Positions 39,601 to 53,640 of a stretch of DNA of 64,000 bases are shown piece after piece. How positions within the stretch are numbered: position 1 is the first letter of the stretch; each line of letters opens with the position of its first letter. The notes beneath the pieces were generated by a model. That model did no database searches, had not been told where the DNA came from, and saw only the letters and a list, made by a program, of their open reading frames with translations. The translations under genes and the position numbers were made by a program. Source of the stretch: Botryllus schlosseri (lineage: Eukaryota); assembly GCA_051294905.1 (NCBI GenBank), contig CM119372.1, positions 38,752,001-38,816,000 of the forward strand, in the 5' to 3' direction.

Positions 39601-41086
39601 TTAGGTTAGGGTAAAGTGATTAATTAATTATTAATTAATTCCATAATACAACCAAGTAGGCTACTACAATCAATGCAACAAAATTAATATTATTAATATT
39701 ATTAATATTAACTTGAATCAAAAATTCTCTGGCTTGGCAATGGCCGGCACGCAATCCGCCTATCTCGTTCGAGTCATTTCAACTCTGGATTGCGGACGTT
39801 GAGGCGGATGAGGTTCATCTGTACCAGAACAGCGTTTGCTGGGGCTGGTACAACGTGTATTAGGAATTACAAACCCTTGTAGTTTTTTTGCTAATGCAAT
39901 ATAAAAATCACTGCGTACCGGAATACATCCTTGAGGCAAATGATTTTCCAAAAACGCCCCAGCGGCAATGGCGACGTCGTATGTGCTATCTGCTACCGGT
40001 AGCGGACTGTCATCGACAACTTCCTGGCAGAAAGTCTTTCTGTAAGCAAGATAGAGATGGAGGGTTTGTGTATGCTCGAATAAGACATTATTATTTGCCT
40101 GTATAGTCCACGTTTCCTCGCGATATCGAGCATCGCAGCATTCATTTCGATTCCATCTATCTGACCAACATATCCAGAATCTCTAAAGTGTTCGGCGGTC
40201 CATCCAGTGCCCGGAAACATAAATATGCAAATGATAAAGAGAAATTGCCGTCACGATAGCTGTACTATCTACGCCAGCGGTGTCAAACTAAAATCCCGCG
40301 GTTTCATCAGGCCCGCGAAGCAATTTTGAGTAGATTCAAAAATGCGAGTATTATCTAGCATATTTCTAACAGAAGATGTTGGGATTTTGAGTAAGAAACA
40401 CCTCTATTAAATACTCTCTCACTACAGCAAATGTAGAGTATGTTCAAAGGCCATAGCCATCGGACAGCGGTGTTGTTATTCCACTTTAGTCTCCGACTTG
40501 AGAACAAGTCGTTCACGTTGACACCCAATTTTGAGAAGGCAGAAAAGTGCATACAGAGTTCATAGTTTCACGGAAAACAGACCCAAAGCAAGTTATTCAC
40601 AGAAGTGAAAACGCCACTGCAAAACTGTTATATGCAGGTTACATACAGAATATAATAGTGACACGGAAATAGAATTCAAATATCTGTGGTCAGCTCTAAC
40701 GCACATGCAGGGCTGACGCCAGTATACGAGTAACACAAATAGTAAGGGCATTTTATGAAATATTTCACAAATCTGTGAACTATATTGTTACCAAACAATT
40801 TCTTCACCAATATGTCCGTCAAGGTCTCTTATAACATGTGTTAAAATGTTGAAGTTCAACTCTGGTGGGAAACCCAGAAAAAAAGCTGTCAAATATGACA
40901 AATTTGAAAAAGTAAAATAAAATAAAAGGGAAAAAATATCTTTATCGGCTATAAGTAACGAAGGATGGGTTTAATAATGGTTTTTCATGTTTCTCAATTG
41001 ATTCATAAAATTTACATTTTACTACAGGCTGTTTTGTGGAAATATATGAAAAAGTAATGGCACTGATGGCATAGTTATATCTAGTC

Positions 41087-42222
41087 TAGGGTTACGATAT
41101 TTTTGTTTCACAAATTCCGGACGCTCTTCAGCGCCCACTAGCGGATTTCAAAATGAGGTATTAGCACATTGTCGATCAATATGACGTCCCCGCAGCAAAG
41201 CTTTATCTATCGACTAGAAGTGGTCACGATCCGGTTCAGGGGTATGTGATTGTGTGTTGTAACCAGGACCAAAATCATATTTTCAGCCGTGTACCACCCA
41301 AATGAACACTGATCTTGGGCCCACCGTACGGTAATCGATGCAACTTGTAGGGGCTTACTATATGCATCTGGTCGGTAAATAATTTGAATTAATCATGTCA
41401 ATAATTTTGGTTCTTCCATATATAACTATATAATGTTGATCCTCTCTTCGCCCACATGATCAGAGTTAGCGTTAGAGCTAATGGAGGATGATGACTTCGA
41501 AAATGCAAGAAACGTATAATTGTACATCGTTAAGTCATATCCATGTCGCACACTGAGCTATATAAACCGAAAAGATTATTATCAGCCTGATGTCGGTGCG
41601 CACTGCACCACCGAGCTATATAAACACCCCACATCCTGTGGTTTACAGCCTCCTATGGTCGCAACTCAATTTCCAATTAGAAAATGTTCCGTGGCCCAGC
41701 TCAAAATTTGATGAGCTGATTACTATGATTAAAGGTCGGCTCATTTGCCTAGACTTACTCACGGTCTAATCTCACTGAGCTGATTACGTTCAACATATGC
41801 GCGAACTCGAGAATAAAGGCAAACTACCCAAGGTTTAGAACCTCTATCTTTGAATAAAACATCCAAACGGCCTAAACTGACTCTACGAATATACCGTTAT
41901 CTTGTAATTGCGAGCACAATTAAATTATTTTTGTAAAGCAATGTAATTTTTATTTATTTTCGATCGCAGTTCTGGTGAGGGTGGTACCCCCCCATATTAA
42001 AACCAATATACGCGATAAGAAATCGCGCGCAGCGCGAAAAAATTTCATGTAGCATATATCTGCCCAAAAATAATATTGTTTATGTCGATTTACGAAAAAA
42101 TTATGACCTGAAGCCTTCAAAATTCCGGACATTTAGGCGTATTTTAGAAATTCCTCCCGGACGCAGTTTTAACAGTGAAATTCCGGACATGTCCGGGAAA
42201 TTCCGGACGTATGGCAACCCTA
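41087..42222. mobile_element. hAT Blackjack-like element nested in Academ
   Basis: TIR tagggttacgat/atggcaacccta; perfect TSD atctagtc. Confidence 0.92.
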
Positions 42223-43227
42223 ATCTAGTCATAAGTACACCGTTCAGTATTTCGATACCGAACGATTCAACAAATTCTGTATACTGTAATACTGGGTAAC
42301 ACACACATATATAGGCTTAAAACCAGTTCAGCAATTCCTTAAATACAGATCTAAGCCATGCAGCAAGGTCTAAAACGGTATTTTCTGTATCATTCCGTTC
42401 TATAAGATGGACACAATTGTACCGAAGTAAAAAGCAGCTATGACTCCAGCACGGCCTTGTGTGAGTTCATTGTCAATTGTTACTGAATGGTTCGTCGCTG
42501 TTTCACCATAATTTCTGATCCGTGGCATATGGATCAGCTTGGATCAGACCCTCATTTATCCAGGTAACACACTATGAGCAGTGGTTTGGGTTAATAAAGC
42601 CAACGATCCTGAGTTTCAACAATCCAACTGGAATGGCTGGATGAAGAGAATCAATGGTAATGATGCAAAACAGCGCGCGCAGATCGAGTTCCTTCCAGTT
42701 ATTGAAGGAGACCCTGATGACCTCAAAACCTTCTTCGCCAGTCTTAAAGAGTGCACACAGTGCGTTGGGGTAGCTATAGTGACCGTCGATCTTCCGATTC
42801 GACTGAAGCCTATATATATAATGAAGCAGACAAATTTACCAGTCATTCCAAGGTTGAGTGGTTTTCACCTATTGAAATCTTATCTTGGACCACTTGGTGA
42901 CAACATGGAATATTCTGGGCTACTAGATGTGATCCCGTTGATCTATGCTGGAAGCACAACAACAATCCACATCATGGATGGAGGATGTTTTGACAAGGAA
43001 ATCCCTCCTCACCTCCTCGTCGATGCAGCTATCTATCAACATACCATAGAAATTGCCGTAACTGAGGATAGGCGTGGTGACATGAAGTCCTTCATGGAAA
43101 AGGTGACTGGTGGGGAAATGGGAGCTAGACACTGTGACCTAGTAGGCTATTGCGAGTATTTGAGCGAAGGTTTGAAGAAACGTTCAATCGATTCATAAAA
43201 AGAGGAAGAACATCTGCCGGCCATCAT

Positions 43228-43828
43228 CAGTGGTTCTCAAACTTTTTTCGGCACGCCCCTTGATAAAAAAGTTCGCACCCCCTCTTATCGTCATATCGAA
43301 AAGTATTGAAAAGAGCAACCAATGATTGCAACCCCAATGCATTGTTTGTTGGCACTGGAGGTATTACGGCTGTTGAGACACTTCTCAAATATGTAGTTGC
43401 AGTTGAATAATTAAATAAACATAACCATGTGCAATGATAACATGTAGCACATAGATATTTTAGGGATTTCGGTGCCTAACCCCTTGCATTACCCCACTTG
43501 ATCTTAAATCGAACGGACCTGACCATAACCTAAATCAAAAACCAATGGCAGTTACACGCATTTACCAGTTACACTTCATTCAGGGACATCTTCTGATTAG
43601 TGCAAGGTTCAGTATCACTCAAAATCTAGCATCAGTGTGTGGATGGTACGGCGGAATTATGACACTTCAAATCGAAAGGCCTAATTAGGATTATTTCCAT
43701 TGTCGAAACAGGAGGTTTCAGAACAAATTAAACTCATTCCGGGTTCAAGAAAATCAAAACTCTCAGGCGGCTTCGCGCCTCCCCTCAGATGCTTCCACGA
43801 ACCCCCACCGCCAGTTTTAGAACCACTG
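43228..43828. mobile_element. hAT-type MITE interrupting the Academ ORF
   Basis: TIR cagtggttct/agaaccactg; no matching TSD. Confidence 0.65.
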
Positions 43829-44239
43829 CATTAGAACGTCTGCCGCCCCCGGGAACCACATTGGTGAACCTGCAGAGGAAGAATGAGCAACAGCTTTTCT
43901 AGGCACAGATGTTGGGTGTCCACTCTCAGTCATCTGTCAGATGTCAACCGGCGAATGGAGGAGGACGTCAGCAGACATGTACCCGTTCACAGAAAGCTTA
44001 CCAAGACACAGATAAAGCGAGACGCAGGGGCTATTGAACTTGCCCTAAAATGGTCTGAAGAAATGAATCCATTCGTCAACGATGGATAAAAGGGGTTGCT
44101 CATGTATTTCTCTATACGGTTGATGACGTAGTCGAAATACTGAGGGAGCAGCTGAATTTAGGATGGCCATTGGCCATGCAGATCACCCTGGATGAAAAGT
44201 CAGTGACGCCGACTATGGTTGTCATGTCAAAGGTAAAAG

Positions 44240-44781
44240 CAGGGTGTTAATGACTCGAGTCACGATTTTTTATGACTCGACTTGACTCGAGTAATTTTCT
44301 AAAAATACGGATCTGTGTATGACTCGACTTCTCGAGTCATTGCGTATGACTCGAACCAAGTCATATGACTCGAGACTCAGACGGCCAAGACCAACATTTT
44401 ATCGTAATTTCGAAGAATAGTAAAGTAACCAAACTATTGGGATTTCGTCTAATAGTACTTGTACTTGGAAATGCAACCAGGAACTGCTAAAAGCGAGTAA
44501 AACTAGTGTATTAGAAATGAGAACCATTCGATATCACCAAACAGAGTTATAAAAAAGGGGATTTAACATGGCTTTAAATGGAAACTGAGCAGTATCAACA
44601 CAATGACTTGGACTCGGACTCGAGCCATAATACCGTGACTCGGACTCAACCCTCTGTTCGGTGACTTGGACTCGGACTTGACTCGGTTGTGAATTGAAAA
44701 TGAATCGACTTGACTCGAGTCAACACTATAAAATTGAGATTGACTTGTGACTCGGAGCCTTATGAGTTGGTTACAACCTTG
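44240..44781. mobile_element. GACTCG-repeat MITE nested in Academ
   Basis: Perfect TSD ggtaaaag; subterminal GACTCG/GACTT arrays as in 12381-14871. Confidence 0.85.
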
Positions 44782-46441
44782 GGTAAAAGCCCTGTCATCG
44801 CAAAGAAAATGTCCTAAGGTTTACGAGTAAAGCATTCACATTGACTCATTGAAGTTGTTCAACCGACTGATCATTTTCGCCCAGCGGGATATGGATGTTG
44901 CGACAAGATTACAGTATGAGTTCACATTTTCCCCGCTGTCCCTGTTCAAGTTCAGCAACAAAAATCAGAAGATGAACAATGCTACCAAGGCAAAATGTTC
45001 GAATACAACCTTGTAGGCCTTAACTGAACCACTTGATTTGACTAATCAACCATGCTGGACCCTCATAATTGATGGTGGATGGCTTCTGTACATGGTGAAG
45101 TGGGGTAAACGTCATACATGACAGGGAATTGCCAACAATTACCTGCAGACCCGGGATTTGATTCTTTTACAGAACATGTCTCCGAACCTCAGCGATAACG
45201 GATCGACAATAGGCGTGCATAGATATGAGCCCGATGAGCTATTGCAGTTCAGAAGCTATAGTGGTCATAAAGATTGCAACAACCGGATATAGCCCTCAGC
45301 TGCAAGAAGAATGAGGTCACGTGCATTTCAGCCTGTGGAGTATGTAGGCTATAAACAACACCCTATAATGCAATAATTGCAGTTACGATGATGTTGAGTC
45401 CGAAGATGGCATAGGCAATGCCTGTTGAAATGTCTGATATTGTGCATGTGAAATAGGCTACCTCTTCAGTGAACATAGCTATGCGAAATAAAGGCGATTT
45501 TGTGCATGAATATAAAAGTGGGTGTGGCGTTTTTCACAAAGAAGAGCCTGTAGTGAACTATAAGTGTTAACAATCAATTGAGAATAATGGAAAACCATTA
45601 TTAAACACGTCCTTAGTTACTTATGGGCGATAAAGATTTTTTTATTTTATTTATTTATTTATTTTTTAATCCGTGAAATTCACAAAGCAGCGCCTGTAGT
45701 GAATTATAAGTGCTAAAGATCAATTGAGATTCATGGAAAACCATTATTAAACACGTCCTAAGTTACTTATGGGCGCTAAATATTTTATAATTTTTTTTTT
45801 TCAATTTTTTTTAATTCGTCAAATTTAACAGCTTTTTGGGGGGTTTCCCACAAGAGTTGAACTTCAACATTTTAAGACATGTTATTACATACCTTAACAA
45901 ACAGATTGGTGAAGAAATTATTTGGTAACAATATAGTTCACAGATTTTCACAAGTTTCCCTTACTAAAAGGGTGCATAGATATATGACAATCCGCATCAT
46001 CGTAAGAGCCTCTGCTTTAGCCGTTTATAACTGTAATCAACCGCCTACTCATCGTATTATTTTCAAAATTCCATTGTTTACTAATAACAGTTTAGCTAGA
46101 ATAGAACTCCCACGATCCGTAATCTACTAATATGCTATTGTGTGTATAGGCTTGATAATATGGTATTTAAATGAAAAACAAGGGAATCAGTATTGAGTTA
46201 ATATTTTGGAATCATTTGATTGGTGTGGCCCGCGAGCGATCTGAAAGTTCGAATCTGACCCGCAAGGAAAGTTGAGTTTGACTCCCGTGATCTACCAGCA
46301 GTTCTCAACCTTTTTCGCCTCGGGGACCGGTAAAATTTCAAAAAATACTTGGCTGACCGGTGGACATTCAACAATTGAGATAAACCCAAAACGTAAAGTA
46401 GGCCTATGCAGCCGTTATTTTGCAAGTATATGGTGCTAGAG

Positions 46442-47562
46442 CAGGGGTGGGCAAACTACGGCCGCGGGCCGCATGCGGCCCGCAACACGGTTTTGTGCGG
46501 CCCGCGAGAGTCTAAAGAAATTTTTTAGAAACATTGATAAAATGCGTACTAAAAATCGAATTAATAAAGGGACTTGATTAATTTTTCTTAGTGTATTTCA
46601 CCATGATAATTCTAAGACAGTGGTTCTCAAACTGGTTAACGCGCCCCTAGGAGGTGTGAAAGCATCTGATGGGGGGGGGGGCGAAGCTGAGCACAATTCA
46701 ATTTTTTTTCGCGCGATTTACGTCCAATTATCTCTCATCCGCAGTCGTACCTTCTATGCCATCAAACTACCACTTAGGTTTACTAGCATCCTGGTTGCGT
46801 TTTGTGATATGACGATAGGGGGCGCAAAATCTTTCACCATCATAAGGGGGGGGGGGGGGGTCCTAAAAAGTTTGATAACCACTGATCTATGAGGTAAATA
46901 CTTGATATCACTGCGGGATAGCTGCAACTAGATTGACATAATTGGATCACGAGTGGGATTTCAGATTGGCCACTCCATTTTTAATTATTTCACTGTTGTG
47001 CTTATAAGAATGATTCGGGCGTGTCTTAGGTATAGATTCGTTGTCTGTATGCGTAGAATTCGGGTATTTATACTTTATCTAGACATAGTAGAAGCGTGTT
47101 TGACGCTAACCTGGTTCGTTCTCTGTATGCGTAGAATTCGGGTATTTATACTTTATCTAGACATAGTAGAAGCGTGTTTGACGCTAACCTGGTTATGATG
47201 CTATCAGCATTGTGTGCCCTGGAACTGAACCCAAAGTGGAATTAGTAAATCTATGAACAGATCGCTGCTCACAGATTTCAATTTCAATCCTGTTCTAAGA
47301 ATCGGGCCGACCGACTTTCATCTCTAGTTTTGACAAATTGGTTATTGAGATCCGCAAGCATATGAAATCTCACGTGTACGACATCACCAAAGCAATGTTT
47401 GGCTTGCTTTAAATAAGTACATATATTATTTCTCCGTCCTCACTATATAATCAAATATCACTATTACGTTTTGGTTTATAATCCCGATTTTATATAGTGC
47501 GGCCCACGAATGGATTCAGATGTTGAATGCGGCCCGCGAGCTAAAAAGTTTGCCCACCCCTG
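46442..47562. mobile_element. hAT (Charlie-like) MITE containing MITE 46618-46884
   Basis: TIR caggggtgggcaaact/agtttgcccacccctg; TSD tgctagag/tgctggag. Confidence 0.88.
47037..47192. repeat. Tandem duplication, 2 x 78 bp
   Basis: Two adjacent copies differing at one position. Confidence 0.95.
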
Positions 47563-49928
47563 TGCTGGAGAGTGACATATGAGGGTTTAGATCGTAATTA
47601 CTTATGTTTTTGATGGCATTCATTTGATTTCACCATAGTATCGAGAAAACAAGCGTTTCGGTGTCGAACCAAGCACCTTGTCGTGATACCTTGCTTATTG
47701 CCCACTACCACCAGACATAGGCTACCCCGGCTACAATGAATACAATGAGCCGCACGAAAACACCTGACAACAGCTATAGGCTTACCTGGTCATCCATAAA
47801 ATCAGGGACGATCGTCAGCCTACCCGTCCAAAAACATTGGTCTTGGGCCCACCACAGGGTGATAAACCAAGTACTCGTGAGCGCATCCATTCTGCTAGGT
47901 GTAGGGCGTAGGCAGTGTAACATAATCGCCCATTTTCGGAATGCTATGTTAGCTCAAACTTCATTATGTGTTGGTGCGTCATGGCGAGGTGATGGCTGAC
48001 CCGAAATGCCTATTTCTATAAATCATGAGTATTTTTTGGGCGAAGGACACCCAATAACCAAGACATTTAGTGACACTAAACCGCGCCAAGCGCGAAAAAA
48101 TGAAAAATTTAAATAAAGTTTCAAAAAACGATCTAATTTATGTTCATCCACGAAATAATTTTGACCCCCTTCAAGCTCGGCCCTATAGCTTCCCATTTCA
48201 CGAACGTCCAGGCGAGACCGACAAAAATTAGATTTTCACTAGGTCACCTTTTTCAGGCTATTAATTTTGTTAAAATCGCCAAGAGTAAGTTTTTCTTCAA
48301 TGACATTGTTCAAGCTTACAGGCCTAGGGGGTTTGGGGTGTGATATTTGACTTGTTTTAGGGGGAGGGGATTATCGCTATGCTATTTGGCTTTTTTGGGG
48401 GAAATTACTTCACATTTCGTCATCTTATAACTGTGTACCTGTAAAAATGTAATCTTGGCGGTGTCGCCAAACTGTCCGTGAAACGGGAAAGTAACAAATT
48501 TGACAGCTCTGCAGACACTATCGGATATACAGCTGACCCTTTCGAGTACCTCATACCCTAATCATCTAACAAACATTATAAATGCAAATTTTCACTGCAA
48601 CTTTTAATAAAATTAGGAGCAACTTTCTCGCGATTTTACTGCAACAAAAATTTGCCCTAGTAATGACTTATTCGATACCATCTACTTTCTTGGGAAATGT
48701 ATTAAAATGCGATATTAAACTCACGACCGTCGCAGCGAACGTCAGAATTTCGCAAAATTCGGGGAAATCGGGAGTCGAGTCAAAATGATGACCTTTTTTA
48801 TTTAGTCAATTTCTTGCTGTTTGATGGGGCAGTGTGGACTGTGGATACTGCATGTTTTGTGACTTCCGTTTCATAAGAAATACCAATCTGAAGCGTGTTA
48901 CATGTTTCTTCGAATCTGCAAATGTAAATTCATGGCGATGCCAGAATTGCTAAAAATAAAATCTGAAAATGCCCAAAATATGCTATTTCCTGCCTCTAAG
49001 ACTAACATATTGTTGAATATTAACAAAATCTGTTCACCGTGTAGACCAGTGCTATCTCAAATTTATACGACAGAATTTAAAAAAGCGAATAATATACATA
49101 TTGTTTGGGCACGGTAGTGCTTGGCAGGGGTAGTCTAACTTCTTGCTTACAAGCCATTGTGTCACAGATCACATTGAGGTGCAGCTAACTCATCATATGG
49201 CTCGTTCTTACGCAAATCAATTAGAATAGAACCAAACTAGAAATAGTTTATAGTATGTTTTTTAAATCCCTTCTTCACATTTTTACGCAATATTTGATGA
49301 AAGTTGCGATGAAAATTACCATGAAAAATGGAGAAAGTTGCAAAAAGTTGCACTACAAAATTCATCCAAACAGGTTAAAACGTCATAGTACATAGATTCT
49401 GAGTATGTAGGAAGCTGCCGGAAGCTGTTGCAAAGTTGCAAAACTTGCCCTGCTGATTACAAATTAGTGATGTACATTTGTATATCGAGAATGGTCGCCA
49501 ATTTGGTCTGACGATTGTCACTGTCTTCTGCGAAAGACATAGTGATAATTTTTTCGAACCACAGGTGGATTTTTATTTCGCGTGCTGCACACATTTTTCT
49601 GTGCGCGCAGACGTTGCCAGCAGTCCGCCCGCGTGCACGCGCGCCGCTCAGTGGGAACATGGGTTGCGCGTGACGGCTACCTGATGTAACAATATGTATG
49701 AGCAGAGATAACAGGGAAATGCCTAGTCATTGCGCTATATCCGAAAATTAGGGCTGCTATCACAAATTCCGAAGTATGACGATTACTCGCCAGATTTGAC
49801 TTTTGCGGGTTGAGACGATCTACTTCCTAATCGCTGGTTATCATCTATTTCCTAAGAGCTGGGTTACTCAATCCACAGATTTTGGCGTTTGATTCCCAAA
49901 CAACTAAAAATGCCCAAGCCTTTTATAG

Positions 49929-50200
49929 TAGGGTTACCATACGTCCTCTTTTAAGAGGATTTGTTCTATTTTTGACTTTTTTGGAGGTGTCCTTGGAGGA
50001 CGACCTTTCGTCCTCTTTTATAAGAAACGGCCAAATTCGACTGATATACCGTAAATCAGCACCGAAGTAACGCTCATGCGGTATTTCGGGAGCTGAGCCG
50101 GAAAGTTGACCCTTTTTTTCAGGATTTTCCTCCGGCTTTGCAAGTCTGAAAATTATGAAAACGTTTTTTTTCTTCAGATTTCCAAAGTATGGTAACACTA
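49929..50200. mobile_element. Blackjack-like MITE (AGAGGAC family)
   Basis: TIR tagggttaccatac/gtatggtaacacta; inverted relative of 63277-63694. Confidence 0.8.
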
Positions 50201-52693
50201 TGACTCCCGATAGCGCCTAATTGTGTGCAAGCAACAGTCCCAAAGACGGGCGCGTCATCGCAAATCATATTTACGAATTGAGTGTCCGTCTTGACCACTA
50301 GGCTAAGTAGGAGAACCCTTGAGAATGACGCAAGGAAATTATACAGGATTGCTGGCAACACCGGTTCAGAACCCCGATGTTTATGTTGCAATGAATTGTG
50401 TAATAACACCGCCCACTACTTACCAGCAGCGACATCGAGCATTTGACTCGTTTCATCGTTCTTCACTAAATGAAATGCAACCTTGACCAATCCGCGATTG
50501 CCGACGCTGCCCACGTTTTTCATCTGAACATCATAAACCGGCGCCATTCTGGAATACGCCTACAAGCAGAGGTGCTCATTAACGAAGTACGTCTACTTTT
50601 TCGAGGTGGTCGAGTAGTCTTCTCTACTTGCATTACTCACTTAATTAAATCGAATGTTCCGCTACTGCTACTTCTACCTCGTCATAATTTTAATTCTCTA
50701 ACTTACTTTTCACTGTTTACAGATTTTCAACTAGAAGTATTACGTTCTTCGAAAATTGTGGATATCGTCAAAGTAGTGTCTGAAGCAACATATGCCTATC
50801 ATTCATCGGCTTATTTACTCTGGGGCATTGTTCCTTGTATTTTTTCACGTGTCTGCGCAAAGTCACTTACTACCTGCGCGGTTCCTTGGACGACCGTTAA
50901 CAGCATCCAGGACCAAAACTTACTCACGCTAGCCTATATAACCGGGTTTAGACATTTATTTCATTTTACTTAGTAGGCTTATGCAAGTGTGCGTCGACAG
51001 TAACGGTATACACCGCGCTTATCCTTTTATTTCTTTGGGCCTACTATATCAGAGTCTGTTTCTAATCGCACCAGGCCCTCAAATTTTTCGAGTGAAGGCC
51101 TACAAAACAAACAATACAAAAGACAGGATAGATAGGCAAGGTGTGATTGGTCGTGTTTGTTGCAACTGGTGTGACATAATTTTCAGACGCATCGGTTCCG
51201 AACGGCTATATCGCTTAAGATGCGGCACATATCAGGGATATCTAAAGTTTTAGATATCCTTGGGCACATATATGCCCATGCCCATGTAAACCCGATCTCA
51301 TTTGCAACACTTCGACAAGCCGAATCGTAATGCCATTTCATGACGACCTCGCCGTGTACGCGTGTCTAGCTACGTTGATAAGCTATGTAAATATGTATGG
51401 GAATCGCATAATTGGCTGGAACAACCAGTCGTCACTGACTCATGTTGTAAAATACCACAGAATGAAAATTGATGCGGTCATTTTATTTTCAATTCAGGTT
51501 GATCTTCTGTTGTACGCGATACAGATTTCCTGTGCTTAGAGACGGTGTCTGCTGTGCGCATTTGTGCACGCGCGCAGCATAGAGGGAACATAGCTCTGCG
51601 GTCTTGTAATACGAAGCGCCATATTTTCAAATTTTTCAGCAGGGCACTGGGGTGAAAACGGCATATAACCACTATTCTATGGAAAATTTCGTCCGTGTAT
51701 GCTGTTGAAACATTACATTCCGGCATGGAATGTATATCAACATAAGCCCAGCTCTCGGCGCCATCTGCATATGCTAGTTTCTAGCTTTGACCATCCATAA
51801 GAGCATATATTTAACTGCATTTCTAAGCTAGTAATTTACTCCAGCAGTTTTTAAAGACAGCATTCTAATTCTTCTTGAAGTAGTTTTGCGCCGCCTTGGA
51901 AAGAAATACTTCTACTTGTACGTCAGTAGAACTCCCATCGTCGCTACTTCTACCTCTCTCATAGTATAGCCTTCATAAAAACTTTGACCCCTGCGTCTGT
52001 AAGTAATGCCTAATAAATAGGGAGGGGTAGCTGCTTTATCGGTGGAAACTGGCAATTCATTTACTTTTACTATATCTCAATAATTTCACACTTAGTTTAT
52101 TTCATACCTCTACATGATATGCAAATTCACTCATTTCACACAATGGCGTTCCCACAGGAGGCTGGGAAGGAATAACGTCCATAATGTCATAATTGTAAGT
52201 GACACGTGTGCAGGAATAAATGAATCAAAGCAACTTGTCAACGCAAGCGCTTCAGTATGATTAACCCTTCAACCCAAGTCACTGTGTTACGCTAGCAATT
52301 TAAATGATAGTCATAAATCGGATCTTGGGCGATTAGAATCAGGCAATATGTCTCCATGTGATGCTAGTAATAGGTTGTCCCTTCTGCAATTTTTGCGCTG
52401 AGAGCAAACGTGGACGGTAAGCACTGTGGAAGACTGTATCCGAAAATCCATAAATTATTAGCTTTCTCTATACAACAAAGTGACATTTATAAACAGGTGT
52501 CCCGTCGTTCATGAAATGTCCATTCAATGGGAAATCGCCACCAACGCCGTCCGCCGATGATCATCGTTTGGCAACATTGAGTTTTCAATAAATAATGCTA
52601 AACCAGCAAACATTCAATCAAATAGCGAATATAGTAATTATTCAATGACACTTCTTGACGGCAAGTCATGACCACACATTCAAGCCTATGCAC

Positions 52694-53640
52694 TAGGGAT
52701 GGTGTGAACGTGAGGTTCACGTTCGCGTTCTGTGTGTGAACCTCGGAAAATTTGAGGTTCGCGTTCACAACAGAACCTTGGTAGGTTCTGCACTGTGAAC
52801 CTTTTTCATATATTGCAATTTTCACTTCATTATAACATCTTTGGTTCAAATTTATTGACTTTCAACTGCGGGTCACTCTATGCATGGAGCTGGCAGCATA
52901 AACATTCAACACTAAACGAGCATGCCCCTGACAATCTCAAAAATTTACTTGTATTGTTACAAAAGTTTGCTCGAAATATCCAGCATTCCGTTTGTGCATA
53001 TTTAGTGTCTCTGTGCTGTGAGCTTGACCCGCAATCACATGACATCAAGAGCGAAATACACTGTATTTTGTCAGCAAATGATCCTTATTCAACCAATCAA
53101 TGAGATTGATATCGTCTTCTGATGTAAAAATCTAGCAGGCGCACGGGGTCAATCTTGACTACATATGTATACTGTATCATAAAAACCAAATCCGTGCGAC
53201 TGGGGTGTTGGCTATACTGCTGTATAACTTGTTAATCGGTAGCAAGTATAAAAACCCATTTACACTCTGCTCAATATCCATGTGGCAATACTCAGACGCC
53301 GAACACATTGTCCGATCAGGTCGAAATTGTTGGCAAAGCGACGCAAGATACTGATTTTATGGGATTATTATATCATTTCATTGCCCCAGTTGATACATTT
53401 GGCGACGTTTCAAACGTCAATATGTACTTAAGTACTGAGCTATCATGTGGCCCCGAGTCGTCGCTCGGTATCGTGTACAGTAGATTAATATAGGCAATCA
53501 CCTAATTGAAATGTGGGGTTGAAATTACCAATATGACGTCACGTGACGTCATGAGTTTCACGTTCGTGTTCACACAGAACCTTTCAAAAAGGTTCACGTT
53601 CACACGAACCTGAACCTTTCAGAGGTTCACACCATCCCTA
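52694..53640. mobile_element. hAT-type element with GTTCAC/GTGAAC subterminal repeats
   Basis: TIR tagggatggtgtgaac/gttcacaccatcccta; perfect TSD ctatgcac. Confidence 0.93.

Larger units (their letters stand above)
42581..45385 (+). pseudogene. Academ transposase/XPG/Cys8 protein relic (pieces 42581-43218, about 43870-44240, about 44790-45125, about 45225-45385)
   Basis: FLPVIEGDP; VTVDLP; IPRLSGFHLLKSYLG; YSGL; LQYEFTFSPLSLF; IIDGGWLLYMVKW; PDELLQF..DC..SCKKNEVTCISACGVC. Confidence 0.8.
40740..45966 (+). mobile_element. AcademX DNA transposon, internally deleted and decayed
   Basis: Long TIRs (about 300 bp) starting TAGTAAGGG and ending CCCTTACTA; 3-bp TSD aaa; coding relics in the order transposase, XPG-like nuclease, Cys-rich domain. 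Confidence 0.85.
40275..46289. mobile_element. hAT (Charlie-like) element hosting the Academ insertion
   Basis: TIR cagcggtgtcaaact/agtttgactcccgtg; flanks atctacgc/atctac. Confidence 0.65.

Noticed and set aside
42355..42400. Minus-strand ENTVLDLAA resembling MTase motif I
   Set aside because: Inside Academ, no splice donor; the true exon is 50424-50523
47781..47805. DFMDDQ|gtaagc as a METTL27 exon end
   Set aside because: Wrong order relative to exon 50424-50523 and it abuts a repeat
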